A stretch of 64,000 bases of DNA from Albugo candida (Eukaryota). Location: assembly GCA_040437565.1 (NCBI GenBank), contig JBDOQK010000008.1, forward strand, positions 124,001 through 188,000, given 5' to 3'. Of this stretch, positions 48,425 through 60,306 are shown one piece after another (position 1 is the stretch's first letter; each line of letters begins with the position of its first letter). Position numbers and translations under genes: made by a program. The notes beneath the pieces are model-generated. The model searched no databases. It was not told where the DNA came from and worked only from the letters and a program-made list of their open reading frames with translations.

Positions 48425-50137
48425 TCACTTTTCCGCGGTGTAAAAGATTTTACCCGGATTCATGATGTTGCGTGGATCAAGAGCATTTTTGATGGAGAGC
48501 ATTACGGGCAATGCGTCTCCATGTTCAAGCTGAAGATAAGAAATTTTTCCATTACCAATTCCATGCTCCCCAGTGCAGGTTCCTTCCACGCGAAGCGCTC
48601 GAAGCACAAGCCGATCGGAGAATTCTTTGACTCGTACCATGAGATTTTTGTCTTCGGGATGAAATGGAATCATGACGTGGAAGTTACCATCACCAACATG
48701 GCTGCGATACAGTATCAGCAACGTACCCACATCGCTAAATGACTATCAACCTACCCAACAATAGTTCCAAGTAAGCCAGATTTTCGAATATCTTCTTGCG
48801 TTTCCGCGATCACGTCAGTTAATTTTGACATCGGGATGCAAACATCAGTGCATAAACCTCGGCTTCCTGGAAGCTGATTCTAGGATCATATTGCAATGAT
48901 AAAGCTATACGAACTTCTGGCACACGATGTAGGTATTTACCATGGTCGCATACCAAGCGGTATGGCGTGCTGCCCAAAGTCGTTTTCTGTCCTCCAAGGA
49001 TGTAGCCCATTGAATTCCACGAGCCTCAAAATCATTTAAAATATCATGAATCATGTCACTTTGCTCTGCTACTTCACTTTGTGTTCCGTGACATTCGATT
49101 CCCAGTGTTGGGGCGATCGGATGATGCATCTTGGAGTATTTGTTGATCGCGTTCATTGCAGCTTCATCCATCAACTCCATCCGTGCGACGGGAATTCCCG
49201 ACTGCATGATTGTCGTGCATGCATCCACACAGTGCCGGACCGAATCAAATGAGCATACCATAGTTTTTTCTGCTTCAGGTATTCCAAACAACTGCAATGC
49301 AATCTCCGTAATGACTCCAAGCGTTCCTTCCGAGCCAATAAACAGACGAGTCAAATCGTAGCCAGCAGACGATTTTTTTGTTCTAAACTCGGGATGATTA
49401 ATACAGATCATACTTTCGTCCTCCGACCCTTACTTGGAGCCCGTCTTGATGGTACGGCCGTCCGGCAGGACAACAGTCAGACCCATGACTGCATTCTTCA
49501 TGTTTCCGTATTTAACGGTCATTGTTCCAGACGCATTGGTCGCCACCATTCCACCAATGCTCGCATTTGCTCCCGGATCAACGGGAAAAAAAAGTCCTGT
49601 TGCTCGCAGTTCCGAGTTGAGCTGCTCGCGTGTCACACCTGCTTGCACGCGGCAGCACATATTCTCAGGCTCCACCTTGCAGCAAATTTCAGCTAAATTC
49701 GAGCAACTGACATAAAAGCGCGTAAATCGCACCGATATTATTTCGTTCATCGAATTCATGTCCAGCGATATCCCCCCGTGGAGTGCCGAGACGTGTCCTT
49801 CAAGTGAAGATCCTGCATCAAGGCAACGATCATCAGAGAAAGCGTGTGGTGAACGTAAGAGAGTACCAACTGCAAAAGGAATGACAGGTGTGCGATATTG
49901 ATGACATATCTCAAGTACTTGTGAAATTTCTTTCGTGTTCTTCACAAATGCGACAGCATCTGGCGGCACGCAAGAGTGGTATGATTCATCTATTCCATGT
50001 TGATTCAGCACTGAAGTTGCAGTAGATAAACGCTCTTGAAGTAATTCTTGAATTGTCTGAATCGCGGGTTTGTAGTTCGATATAAGTGTACTAAACGCAC
50101 ATCTTATGGAACGAGTCATTCTGCGAGAATGCAGCAT
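48425..50137 (-). CDS. LDHD: Mitochondrial D-lactate dehydrogenase (FAD-linked oxidase), multi-exon
   Basis: Transit-peptide-like start, HGIDESYH, GSSLEGH, FFPVDPGANASIGGMVATNASG, KSSAGYDLTRLFIGSEGTLGVITE, HVGDGNFH, TCTGEHGIG, DPRNIMNPGKIF. Confidence 0.95.
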
Positions 50138-50205
50138 TTACGATACTGCTTTGTACCGGTTCGAGTACAGTCGTTCGTCGTTTTGTGTCGACTGTATCAT
50201 ATTTC

Positions 50206-51081
50206 ATGAGACTTGCAGGTCGTGTTGCGATCATAACTGGTGCAGCTTCCGGCTTGGGCAAAGCGACCGCGACACACTTTTGCAATAATGGTGCGTGTGT
50301 GATTTTATGTGATCTATCTAAGAGTGAAGGAAAGTCCGTGGCGCGATCACTCGGAACCAATTGCCATTTCCATTCAACAGATGTAAGATTGTATGTGCAC
50401 CTGGTACAATTCACTCAAAACAGCGAGATTTTCGCAGGTCACGAACGAAGACGACGTGACAGGCGCCCTAGATTTAGCGGAAGCGGCATTTGGTCAGTCG
50501 ATCAACACTGTTATCAATTGCGCTGGTATTGCTTATAGCATGAAAACGCTCTCCAAGAAAGGCGTGCATCAGATTTTTCAATTCCAGCAATCCATCAATG
50601 TAAATGCGTTCGGTACCTTCAATGTATCACGCTTGGCGGCAGAGCGGTAATGTATTCCGAAATCGCTAGAGCATCCGAATGTTATGTTTCGAAATTTAGC
50701 ATGGCAAAGAATCGAGTGCATGAGGGAGAGCGAGGAGTGATCATCAACACGGCCAGCATCGCAGCATACGAAGGCCAAATTGGTCAGGTCGCGTATGCCG
50801 CTAGTAAGGCCGCAGTAGTCGGAATGACATTGCCGCTAGCTCGAGATTTAGCGGCATTCGGCATACGTGTCAATACAATTGCACCAGGTCTCTTCAAGAC
50901 GAGTCTGTTGGATGATCTACCACAGAATGTCATCGAAAAGCTTGGCCAAGATACTCCATTTCCTGCTCGGCTAGGCAAACCAGAGGAATTTTCACACTTG
51001 GTCGAATGTATCCTTGGAAACAAAATGCTGAATGGTGAGGTTATACGGTTGGATGGCGGCCTTCGAATGGCACCAAAGTGA
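50206..51081 (+). CDS. HSD17B10: 3-hydroxyacyl-CoA dehydrogenase type 2 (SDR), 3 exons
   Basis: [54 protein letters not shown] (YxxxK), [35 protein letters not shown]. Confidence 0.95.
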
Positions 51082-51156
51082 TGTCGGTGCGAACATGATT
51101 GTTTCATGCATACATCTGGACACGAACTGCCTCGCAATAGTCGGATAGGACCTGAG

Positions 51157-52728
51157 CTAGCCTCTTGATGATGGCGGGGGGTACTTCCAGTCTATAAGAT
51201 TGAATACATCTTCCTCACTTTTTATCCCTCTTAACCGCTCCACGCCATACAGCCGATTTAACTCGTGATTCAAAGCGCCAAAACTAGTGTCATTCACATC
51301 CTTCAACGAGTGATGCAAAAGCTTGCTGAAAACTTTCTTCACAAAACGTGCAGGACCTGTGTAATAGGTCAAAGCAAACCAGCAGCGAGGGCTCGTTGCC
51401 ACCTTGACATCCAAAGCGAGAATTCTCTCCTTGAAGTGTATGATTCCCAGCGCTCTGAATTCGGTCAAATAATAAACATTGGTATCTTCTATAATAGTCG
51501 CTGCTATTAAGGCTTGTACCACATTCTTGCATTGAGATGTAGTGTATTCCATGTCATCAGGTACTTTGACAATAATGTCAACGACTGAACCCACTACCGC
51601 CCCTCTCGAGAAACTTCCGCATGGAAATGTTTCGACCCGGGGACACCATTTCTGCAGGTGGATGCGAATGGCGATAATGGCAGTCTTCCACTCGACTCGA
51701 CTGAGCACGTGACGCACGGGAAATTGATGCGGCGAATCTATACTGTCGTGCTTCTTGACATACTCGAGGTATTGTATACCAAACATCATAGCGTCAAAAG
51801 ACTTCGATGGGGACGCCCCATGCATCAATTTGATCTTTGCAGCGCATTGAACAGTGTTTTCCATTGATTCATTATGCAGTATGCCTTCTGCCATACTTTT
51901 AGTCATTCCAAAAATGCCAAACAAATCACGAGTGATTAAAGGGCACATTGGGCTGCCTCTCATCAGTGCTGTATCGCAACGGAAGTCACCGACTATGTCG
52001 GGATATTCGAGCTTGTATTTCTGTATGAGTCTCCATACGTCGTGGACAACGCCAGGTAAGTCAGATTTTTGATTGAGGTAATTCTGGAAGCAGATGTCTT
52101 CTACACCAGGGGCTTGTTGATTCTCCAACATAGCAGAGAAAATGCATCTTGCGGTCATACAAGCTTCCACCATCCAATGCATTCGATCACAAAGTCGCTC
52201 AGTAAAGATATATTCATCCATGACTTGTAAACAGAGAAACAGCACTGGTTGATCAGTCTGAAATGTATACACTTCCAGTGGGAATTTCCAGCGAGGAAAC
52301 TCTCCAGTCATCAAATCCAAGTCATAATAGTCCTTTAGGTCGAGATAAGGGACATCTTCTTCACGTGCAGTGAGAGCTGTTACTTGGTCTTCTCCTACTG
52401 CTTCATCCATAAGTCCTCTCGACGCCGCGTCTAAAGACCCACATTCTGTACCTTGCATAGTAAGTTTCCGATCTGGTAACAATAAAACGCTATCTTCCAG
52501 TAAATCTTTGTTTTTGTGGCCAGAGTGTTCGCTACACTGTCGCGTCAATAAATCGTCACGATCGCCAAAGTGAACAATTTCAAACGATTCAGTGTCTGAA
52601 ATATGTCCGACGTGACAATGAGGTATGTGGCTTTCCTCATTGACAATCGGCTTGTCCTCTCCTATGAACGAGTACAGGTCATGAAAGAACTTTTGCTTGC
52701 AGGAAGGAAGCAAAATGAAACTTTTCAT
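51157..52728 (-). CDS. Family X DNA polymerase-like protein (pol beta/lambda palm and thumb) with a degenerate active site; 5' end uncertain
   Basis: HhH-like LFGIFGMTKSMAE, GIQYLE, CGSFSRG..VD, LALDV, FALTYYTG and SEEDVFNLIDWKYPPPSSR follow the PolX motif order. Confidence 0.75.
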   Translation of the reverse strand: MKSFILLPSCKQKFFHDLYSFIGEDKPIVNEESHIPHCHVGHISDTESFEIVHFGDRDDLLTRQCSEHSGHKNKDLLEDSVLLLPDRKLTMQGTECGSLDAASRGLMDEAVGEDQVTALTAREEDVPYLDLKDYYDLDLMTGEFPRWKFPLEVYTFQTDQPVLFLCLQVMDEYIFTERLCDRMHWMVEACMTARCIFSAMLENQQAPGVEDICFQNYLNQKSDLPGVVHDVWRLIQKYKLEYPDIVGDFRCDTALMRGSPMCPLITRDLFGIFGMTKSMAEGILHNESMENTVQCAAKIKLMHGASPSKSFDAMMFGIQYLEYVKKHDSIDSPHQFPVRHVLSRVEWKTAIIAIRIHLQKWCPRVETFPCGSFSRGAVVGSVVDIIVKVPDDMEYTTSQCKNVVQALIAATIIEDTNVYYLTEFRALGIIHFKERILALDVKVATSPRCWFALTYYTGPARFVKKVFSKLLHHSLKDVNDTSFGALNHELNRLYGVERLRGIKSEEDVFNLIDWKYPPPSSRG

Positions 52729-53779
52729 CCAATTGACGCGATCACGTCAAATATGTACCGTATCAATGTGTCCGGACAATCTTGCGACCTGGCGACTGTA
52801 TACTGATAAAAGGCACAAACTTTCTATAAAAATCCGCTCTTGGGAGGTATCGAATTCTGACTATGATCGATACAAATGGCTTTTTTACGCCATTATATGC
52901 GGTGCTGTACAACAAGTCATGTGAACATGGCAGCAGTTGTCAATATTTAGTATAACTGATCTCTGTCCCGGCTTAATGTAGTGATGTGTGGCGTTTGTCA
53001 CGCCTCGAATCAGCATGCTTTTCTTGTAGCTTTTCTTACTGCACAACTGATGCTTTCTCGCATATGTTCGGTTGTCTGACTAGAGCAGCAATGACTGATC
53101 CCTTTTTTCGCCAAGGAGCTTTATCAGAGTTTCTATATTAGCCGCGATTGTAGTCACCCTTCTTGTCTCGACGTATAATATCGAGGAAGCAGGTCGTCAT
53201 CAGATTTTCAAACGTGCTTTGAGCCCTAATCAGCCATATAGACAGCCGTGCTGTCGTGCTTTGGGTTTGATAGGATCGTCTATATATCGATGCTAGCGCA
53301 TGCAATAAAATCTTTTGAGAAATTAAAGTAGTAGCACCCCTACTACCCTTCCATAAAATATTGATAATCGCTGGCTCTCTCTGGCACACACAGTTTGTCG
53401 CAAAACTTGTCATTAGAATTGGTGACTCAGGCCAGCACCTACGCAGTGACCACATCACAATAAGCTATAATGTCCTTTCCAACGGGCTACCCATAGGAAT
53501 GAGTGGGACCACAAATGCAGGGTTTTAGAAAAAAATTGCAGAGTCATTGATGTCTTTTTCATTTTTTCATCATCGCACTTATATAGGTCCAAAGGCAGTA
53601 CTGGATCATAGTCGAAAGGGAAGGGCGAGATTGTCGCATCCCACTCTTTCCTATTTCAAACCTAATCTTGCATCTTCTGTTGACACGAGTCTTGTTTTTT
53701 GATATTTCGATAGTAAAATTGCGATTCGATTTTACGTGCGCGATTGGTAATCTTTCTACTTTGATTTTATATGTACTTT

Positions 53780-54395
53780 GTACAACAAGTCTTCAAACCT
53801 GCATTGCACTGAGAGCATTCTGAGTTGGATTCTAGCGTCCTATATAATCTTCTCGGCTGTCCAAATGATGGAACACAACATTCTAAACGTGTCCACCGAT
53901 CAAAATAACAATGCAACTTCTCCATCGGCTGAGTCTGAATCGAAACCCACTGATGAAGTTAAAATGTCTTCTGCATTGATATCGGCTTCACATCGCGATT
54001 ACTGTAGCTCACAAGCCATCTCACCACTTCCTTTACANNNNNNNNNNNNNNNNNNNNNNNNNNNNNNNNNNNNNNNNNNNNNNNNNNNNNNNNNNNNNNN
54101 NNNNNNNNNNNNNNNNNNNNNNNNNNNNNNNNNNNNNGTACAACAAGTCTTCAAACCTGCATTGCACTGAGAGCATTCTGAGTTGGATTCTAGCGTCCTA
54201 TATAATCTTCTCGGCTGTCCAAATGATGGAACACAACATTCTAAACGTGTCCACCGATCAAAATAACAATGCAACTTCTCCATCGGCTGAGTCTGAATCG
54301 AAACCCACTGATGAAGTTAAAATGTCTTCTGCATTGATATCGGCTTCACATCGCGATTACTGTAGCTCACAAGCCATCTCACCACTTCCTTTACA
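53780..54395. repeat. Gap-flanking duplication 53780-54037 = 54138-54395
   Basis: Direct repeat around the 100-N gap 54038-54137. Confidence 0.9.
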
Positions 54396-56036
54396 GCTGA
54401 ATCACGAGCCAGCAAATCAGTTTACTATCGCCGGTACGATGGAACAAATCTGTATCCATGACGCTTCCTTGTCACCAAAACAGCTTTGTACGAATCAGGA
54501 TAAAAGATCAACAAAGGATACGCTCGATAGAACTTCTGAGCATTCGCCTTCGGATACACATACCAACGATGGCGATTTTATGGACGACTCCATGCAATCT
54601 AGCTCGGATACCTCTCAGCCGCTCAATAATTGTAAAAAATCAAGACGTGAGTTACCCCCTCAAACCGTTGCATTATTAAAAGGATGGATGCTTTCTCCGG
54701 AGCATATAAAGCATCCATATCCAACCGATGCTGATAAGCAAATCTTGTTGAAAGAAACCGGTTTGAATATGAAACAGCTTACCAACTGGTTCACGAATGC
54801 ACGCAAGCGAATATGGAAGCCAATGATGCGTCAACAGCAAACAAAAAACATGCGCGATCATGCTCAATTTGACATGTCGTTTGGACTAGGATCAATTAAT
54901 TTGCATCGAAGGGATACATCCGGACGCTTTTGTGCAGATAAATTATATGCAATCGATCCTAAAGCCCCTTTTACATCATCTAACTCTATGCAGCAAACCT
55001 TTCAACCCGAAGTAGATCAGATGAGAAGACACAGTCTAAATAGGGGATATTGTCCGCCTCGCAATATCCGATCCATGTCCGAGTCAGCCACTGGGAATAG
55101 TTGGGCAGCGTTTGAGTACCAACAGCAATGCTTACGAAAACGCTCTTATGCTCAAATGGATGAGCAGGATACCATAGAAAGAGGAAAACATAACTATCAT
55201 TTGCAGCTACTGCCGGGACGGGCAGCAAAGGCTTTGTCTGACTGGGTCCAGTCAAAATTGCACTCATCGTCGCCCTTTCCATCATCCTTGTATCCTACAG
55301 ACGCTGAAATACTCAATTTTGCCCGTCAATTCGACGTATCCCCAGCTAGTATAGAGCAATGGTTTGACGTGCGTGTTACTACCGGACCTTGCTACGAACA
55401 ACCTCGTAGGGCGCGTGAAGAATCATCCTGTTTGCGAGTTGCGGCGGTACGTGAGCATTCAATAATACATGCACATACGGTATGCCTAACGCTCTCGTGA
55501 ATTTAATCTAGCATCATGCTTCCGCATCAAATTTGACGTTCTCCCGGAATAAAAATCACCGCTTTCTCAATAACAACATCAGCTCTATTCCATCGCCAAA
55601 CAATCCCATGTTTCCATCAACTTCAGTCACACCATTTGCATCATCGATTCCATCGAAAAAAAATCCACTATTTCCGCCACCACCAGCAGCTGACAGATGC
55701 AACAGTATCAAATCGGCTTTTCCATTCGATACCACTCAACATACGTTCGGTTTTCCAAGAAAATTACATGCAGGATTTAATAGAGCACACAGTTCAAAAT
55801 TGCCAGCATTGCACAGCTCCACTTCCGGCCAAGTGTCTCAGTCACGTGATGCTCGATCTCATACATTGGATATGGCCGAGTTTGCCGACGCTTGCCGAAG
55901 AAAAATGAATTTTCAGGATGTTCTGGAGTCAAGTACTGCAAGGCTGGAGATCGGAGCACATACACACCCAGCTACTTTCAAACAGTCATTGGTCTTGAGA
56001 CAATTCACGGCCTCGTTACAGCAGCCAGCAATGTAA
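54223..56036 (+). CDS. TALE-class homeodomain transcription factor, 2 exons (intron about 55447-55511)
   Basis: KKSRRELPPQTVALLKGWMLSPEHIKHPYPTDADKQILLKETGLNMKQLTNWFTNARKRIWKP contains the TALE HPYP loop and the WFxNxRxR recognition helix; a GT-AG intron joins it in frame to ORF 55533-56036. Confidence 0.92.
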
Positions 56037-58492
56037 TTTCTTACAGGAGTCTGTATAATTGAGAAAAAACTGACATTTACCTTGAGCATGCGACCTACTT
56101 CAGATGACGACGTCGCACAATTATTATTGTACGACCAACAAGATCGTCGCACCTGGCGGAATAATTTTCGTGATGTGGGTAGGAGACCGTCTCGGATTCT
56201 TAATGCTGTATTCGTACTTGGCATTTTCGCGTTTTTGGCGCTGCTATTCCACATCTACTCTGTCTCTTTATTGCGAGATGTTAAAGTCACACTTTTGGAT
56301 CTCATTGTCCCAGACATGTGCCATGCGGATACAAACGCACAAATGAAAGTGCAATTAATGAACCCTTCCTACTGCTCACCCATGATAAGGTCTATCAGCT
56401 ACACGATCATCGCTCAAGGCCTCGGCACAGTCATAGGCAGCATACAGATCCCTTCTTTCAAGCTAAGTTCCGATAAATCGATCAAACTCCTTGATCTGCA
56501 AATACACATCCATTTGTCCCCTTTTGAGCTATTCGAAACAATAAAAAAATACAAGCACAATCTACGAATTCTTGAGAGTTACACTGTAGAGATTGGCTGC
56601 TTTCTGATTCCACTGAAGAAAACGATACAACTGTCAAGAGATATAGCAGCAGAAAATGCTCTTTTCTTTCTCCATCCAAACGAAAGCTGGAATGGAACGA
56701 TGGAACAGCTCTTACTTCGAATTTNNNNNNNNNNNNNNNNNNNNNNNNNNNNNNNNNNNNNNNNNNNNNNNNNNNNNNNNNNNNNNNNNNNNNNNNNNNN
56801 NNNNNNNNNNNNNNNNNNNNNNNNCCTCGCAATATCCGATCCATGTCCGAGTCAGCCACTGGGAATAGTTGGGCAGCGTTTGAGTACCAACAGCAATGCT
56901 TACGAAAACGCTCTTATGCTCAAATGGATGAGCAGGATACCATAGAAAGAGGAAAACATAACTATCATTTGCAGCTACTGCCGGGACGGGCAGCAAAGGC
57001 TTTGTCTGACTGGGTCCAGTCAAAATTGCACTCATCGTCGCCCTTTCCATCATCCTTGTATCCTACAGACGCTGAAATACTCAATTTTGCCCGTCAATTC
57101 GACGTATCCCCAGCTAGTATAGAGCAATGGTTTGACGTGCGTGTTACTACCGGACCTTGCTACGAACAACCTCGTAGGGCGCGTGAAGAATCATCCTGTT
57201 TGCGAGTTGCGGCGGTACGTGAGCATTCAATAATACATGCACATACGGTATGCCTAACGCTCTCGTGAATTTAATCTAGCATCATGCTTCCGCATCAAAT
57301 TTGACGTTCTCCCGGAATAAAAATCACCGCTTTCTCAATAACAACATCAGCTCTATTCCATCGCCAAACAATCCCATGTTTCCATCAACTTCAGTCACAC
57401 CATTTGCATCATCGATTCCATCGAAAAAAAATCCACTATTTCCGCCACCACCAGCAGCTGACAGATGCAACAGTATCAAATCGGCTTTTCCATTCGATAC
57501 CACTCAACATACGTTCGGTTTTCCAAGAAAATTACATGCAGGATTTAATAGAGCACACAGTTCAAAATTGCCAGCATTGCACAGCTCCACTTCCGGCCAA
57601 GTGTCTCAGTCACGTGATGCTCGATCTCATACATTGGATATGGCCGAGTTTGCCGACGCTTGCCGAAGAAAAATGAATTTTCAGGATGTTCTGGAGTCAA
57701 GTACTGCAAGGCTGGAGATCGGAGCACATACACACCCAGCTACTTTCAAACAGTCATTGGTCTTGAGACAATTCACGGCCTCGTTACAGCAGCCAGCAAT
57801 GTAATTTCTTACAGGAGTCTGTATAATTGAGAAAAAACTGACATTTACCTTGAGCATGCGACCTACTTCAGATGACGACGTCGCACAATTATTATTGTAC
57901 GACCAACAAGATCGTCGCACCTGGCGGAATAATTTTCGTGATGTGGGTAGGAGACCGTCTCGGATTCTTAATGCTGTATTCGTACTTGGCATTTTCGCGT
58001 TTTTGGCGCTGCTATTCCACATCTACTCTGTCTCTTTATTGCGAGATGTTAAAGTCACACTTTTGGATCTCATTGTCCCAGACATGTGCCATGCGGATAC
58101 AAACGCACAAATGAAAGTGCAATTAATGAACCCTTCCTACTGCTCACCCATGATAAGGTCTATCAGCTACACGATCATCGCTCAAGGCCTCGGCACAGTC
58201 ATAGGCAGCATACAGATCCCTTCTTTCAAGCTAAGTTCCGATAAATCGATCAAACTCCTTGATCTGCAAATACACATCCATTTGTCCCCTTTTGAGCTAT
58301 TCGAAACAATAAAAAAATACAAGCACAATCTACGAATTCTTGAGAGTTACACTGTAGAGATTGGCTGCTTTCTGATTCCACTGAAGAAAACGATACAACT
58401 GTCAAGAGATATAGCAGCAGAAAATGCTCTTTTCTTTCTCCATCCAAACGAAAGCTGGAATGGAACGATGGAACAGCTCTTACTTCGAATTT
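55057..58492. repeat. Gap-flanking duplication 55057-56724 = 56825-58492 (duplicates the homeobox 3' half and the 5' part of the next gene)
   Basis: 1668-bp direct repeat around the 100-N gap 56725-56824. Confidence 0.9.
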
Positions 58493-59400
58493 CGAAAACG
58501 ATTTCTTTGTCGCACTTTCGGGTGGAAGACGATATGATACATGAGCGTGTGTTTGCATTCACCACCGTGAAATTCGGATACCAATCGCGCATTAAGTGGA
58601 ATGTGCCGTCCTTTGCATTATGGCTTGAAAATGCGCAGTATGGATCTATTCTCCAAGTGGGGATGAAACGATTTATTCTCGGTACTGGGAATACTCACAT
58701 ATCGGCATTCACGGTTTTGCAACATAATGAAACAAAATCGTTATTACAGATGCTAAAAAGTTATCTTGCCAGCAATCAAGATATGACAATGTCTGTGCGG
58801 GGAAGTGAACGACACAATGACTGCTATTTCTCACAGCTTTTGCAGTACATCCAGATCGACTTTATAATTCCGAGTCAAGTTGATGGAAAGCCTGTGTTCT
58901 TGCGTAAGTATGCTGTTCAGCCGTATCTAAAGCAACTCAACTCTAAAACGCGTGTGTGCTTGCTGCAACTCAACGTGTCGATAATAGTAAACAATCCCTT
59001 ACCGATCACATTTCAGCTTCTCAGAACCGAATTCGACTTGTATTACAAAGTGTACAAAGGAAAGACTGAGAGATTCCTCAATGAAAAATCCAGTCTACCA
59101 ATATCAAGCAAAGAAACATTCCACCCTTTCCCGAATCGGCATGAGTCACCGTACACAGTATTCCTAGCTCACATTGATGAAACTTATAGTATCACATGGG
59201 CGGCTCACGAGGAACATCAAGTTCTTCTTCAAGTGAACATTCAGAAGTTTATTATTTGCACAAAGCTGTTTCAGCTATATTTACAGAATCAGCTATTCTT
59301 CACTGTGTGGAAAGGGGTTCTAGGACTGCGCATTGCTGGGGGCAACTTATCGATACCATTTCAATTCAACGATATTCATGTCACCCCTCACTTCAAGTGA
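57856..59400 (+). CDS. Uncharacterised type II membrane protein with LEA_2/WHy-like beta-rich repeats (partial copy at 56088-56724)
   Basis: Single N-terminal TM (ILNAVFVLGIFAFLALLFHIY); beta-rich units with KVQLMNPSYCSPMIRSISYTI and SIIVNNPLPITFQLLRTEFDLYY (NP motif). Confidence 0.6.
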   Translation: MRPTSDDDVAQLLLYDQQDRRTWRNNFRDVGRRPSRILNAVFVLGIFAFLALLFHIYSVSLLRDVKVTLLDLIVPDMCHADTNAQMKVQLMNPSYCSPMIRSISYTIIAQGLGTVIGSIQIPSFKLSSDKSIKLLDLQIHIHLSPFELFETIKKYKHNLRILESYTVEIGCFLIPLKKTIQLSRDIAAENALFFLHPNESWNGTMEQLLLRISKTISLSHFRVEDDMIHERVFAFTTVKFGYQSRIKWNVPSFALWLENAQYGSILQVGMKRFILGTGNTHISAFTVLQHNETKSLLQMLKSYLASNQDMTMSVRGSERHNDCYFSQLLQYIQIDFIIPSQVDGKPVFLRKYAVQPYLKQLNSKTRVCLLQLNVSIIVNNPLPITFQLLRTEFDLYYKVYKGKTERFLNEKSSLPISSKETFHPFPNRHESPYTVFLAHIDETYSITWAAHEEHQVLLQVNIQKFIICTKLFQLYLQNQLFFTVWKGVLGLRIAGGNLSIPFQFNDIHVTPHFK

Positions 59401-59572
59401 AATGCGAACGCGCCACGGTGCGAGCAATTAACGTTGAATGTAATCACTTGATATAAATAACCGGGGCGGTTGAAACGAAACGGGAATCGCAAAAATAGTC
59501 GGAATCCAGCAACTACTATTGTTTCATTGTCGATAAAGCCTTCTCGGCATTATACAAACGTGAGACTTTAAA

Positions 59573-60268
59573 ATGGGCGCTGTTGTGACAAAACCGTTGT
59601 GTTTGGTGACGGGGCTCACATATCCAGCCTATGCAAGTTTTAAGGCACTGGATAAGCAGCATCCGAGAACAGATCAGCAATGGCTCACATATTGGGCCGT
59701 GTACGGCATATGCACCTCATTTGAGACGATATCCACGAAGACATGCCGAAAATTGCCTGGTTTTTATTTTGCCAAGTTCCTTTTTCTCTTATGGCTTATG
59801 CTTCCCAAAACAAGGGTAGGTCCTTCATTTCTTTCGGATGTACCTGAGTCACTGAATAGTTTTTTCTCTCAGGGTGCTATGAAAATGTACAAATCGATTT
59901 TATATCCCATATACAAAATATATGAACCAAAACTTGATAGAAGGCTTTTAGAAATCCAAATTGGCGCTGAGGAGTTTGTGAACGAATACAAAACAAACGG
60001 TACTGAAGCAGTTACTCGAAGATTGCAGCGGATTCAACAATCCGAGGTCGTTACCAAGATCGCTGGTGCGATTGTGTCGCCGCTTCACTCCCCAACCTTG
60101 CAAAAACACCTCAGTGCCGCCAAGGATGTAATGCTTCGCCATAAACAGGCGCCATTGATATCAGACCAAGTAACAACAATGAGCGAGGAAAAGTTGAAGC
60201 CTTCGAAGAAGTTGCAAAAGGACACGGCAGAAGTAGAAGAAGCCAGGGATCCACTCCTTGTGATGTAA
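59573..60268 (+). CDS. HVA22/TB2-DP1/REEP family ER-shaping protein (probable in-frame intron 59816-59872)
   Basis: GLTYPAYASFKAL..DQQWLTYWAVYG..PGFYFAKFLFLLWLMLPKTR|GAMKMY. Confidence 0.92.
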   Translation: MGAVVTKPLCLVTGLTYPAYASFKALDKQHPRTDQQWLTYWAVYGICTSFETISTKTCRKLPGFYFAKFLFLLWLMLPKTRVGPSFLSDVPESLNSFFSQGAMKMYKSILYPIYKIYEPKLDRRLLEIQIGAEEFVNEYKTNGTEAVTRRLQRIQQSEVVTKIAGAIVSPLHSPTLQKHLSAAKDVMLRHKQAPLISDQVTTMSEEKLKPSKKLQKDTAEVEEARDPLLVM

Positions 60269-60306
60269 ATAAGCCGACGCTCATTTATAATAAAATCACA
60301 TGTTCT

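Noticed and set aside
53138-53458. 106-aa minus-strand ORF upstream of the PolX-like gene
   Set aside because: Non-ATG start, no recognisable motif and no clear splice link; probably non-coding regulatory DNA between divergent genes.
55057-58492. Apparent tandem duplication of the homeobox 3' half and the following gene
   Set aside because: The copies look identical and abut a 100-N gap, like the other 12 cases; an assembly overlap rather than paralogy.
59816-59872. Apparent peptide insertion in the REEP protein (similar ones in LDHD, HSD17B10 and COG1 ORFs)
   Set aside because: Bounded by GT..AG and interrupting conserved motifs; these are stop-free introns read through by the ORF finder.
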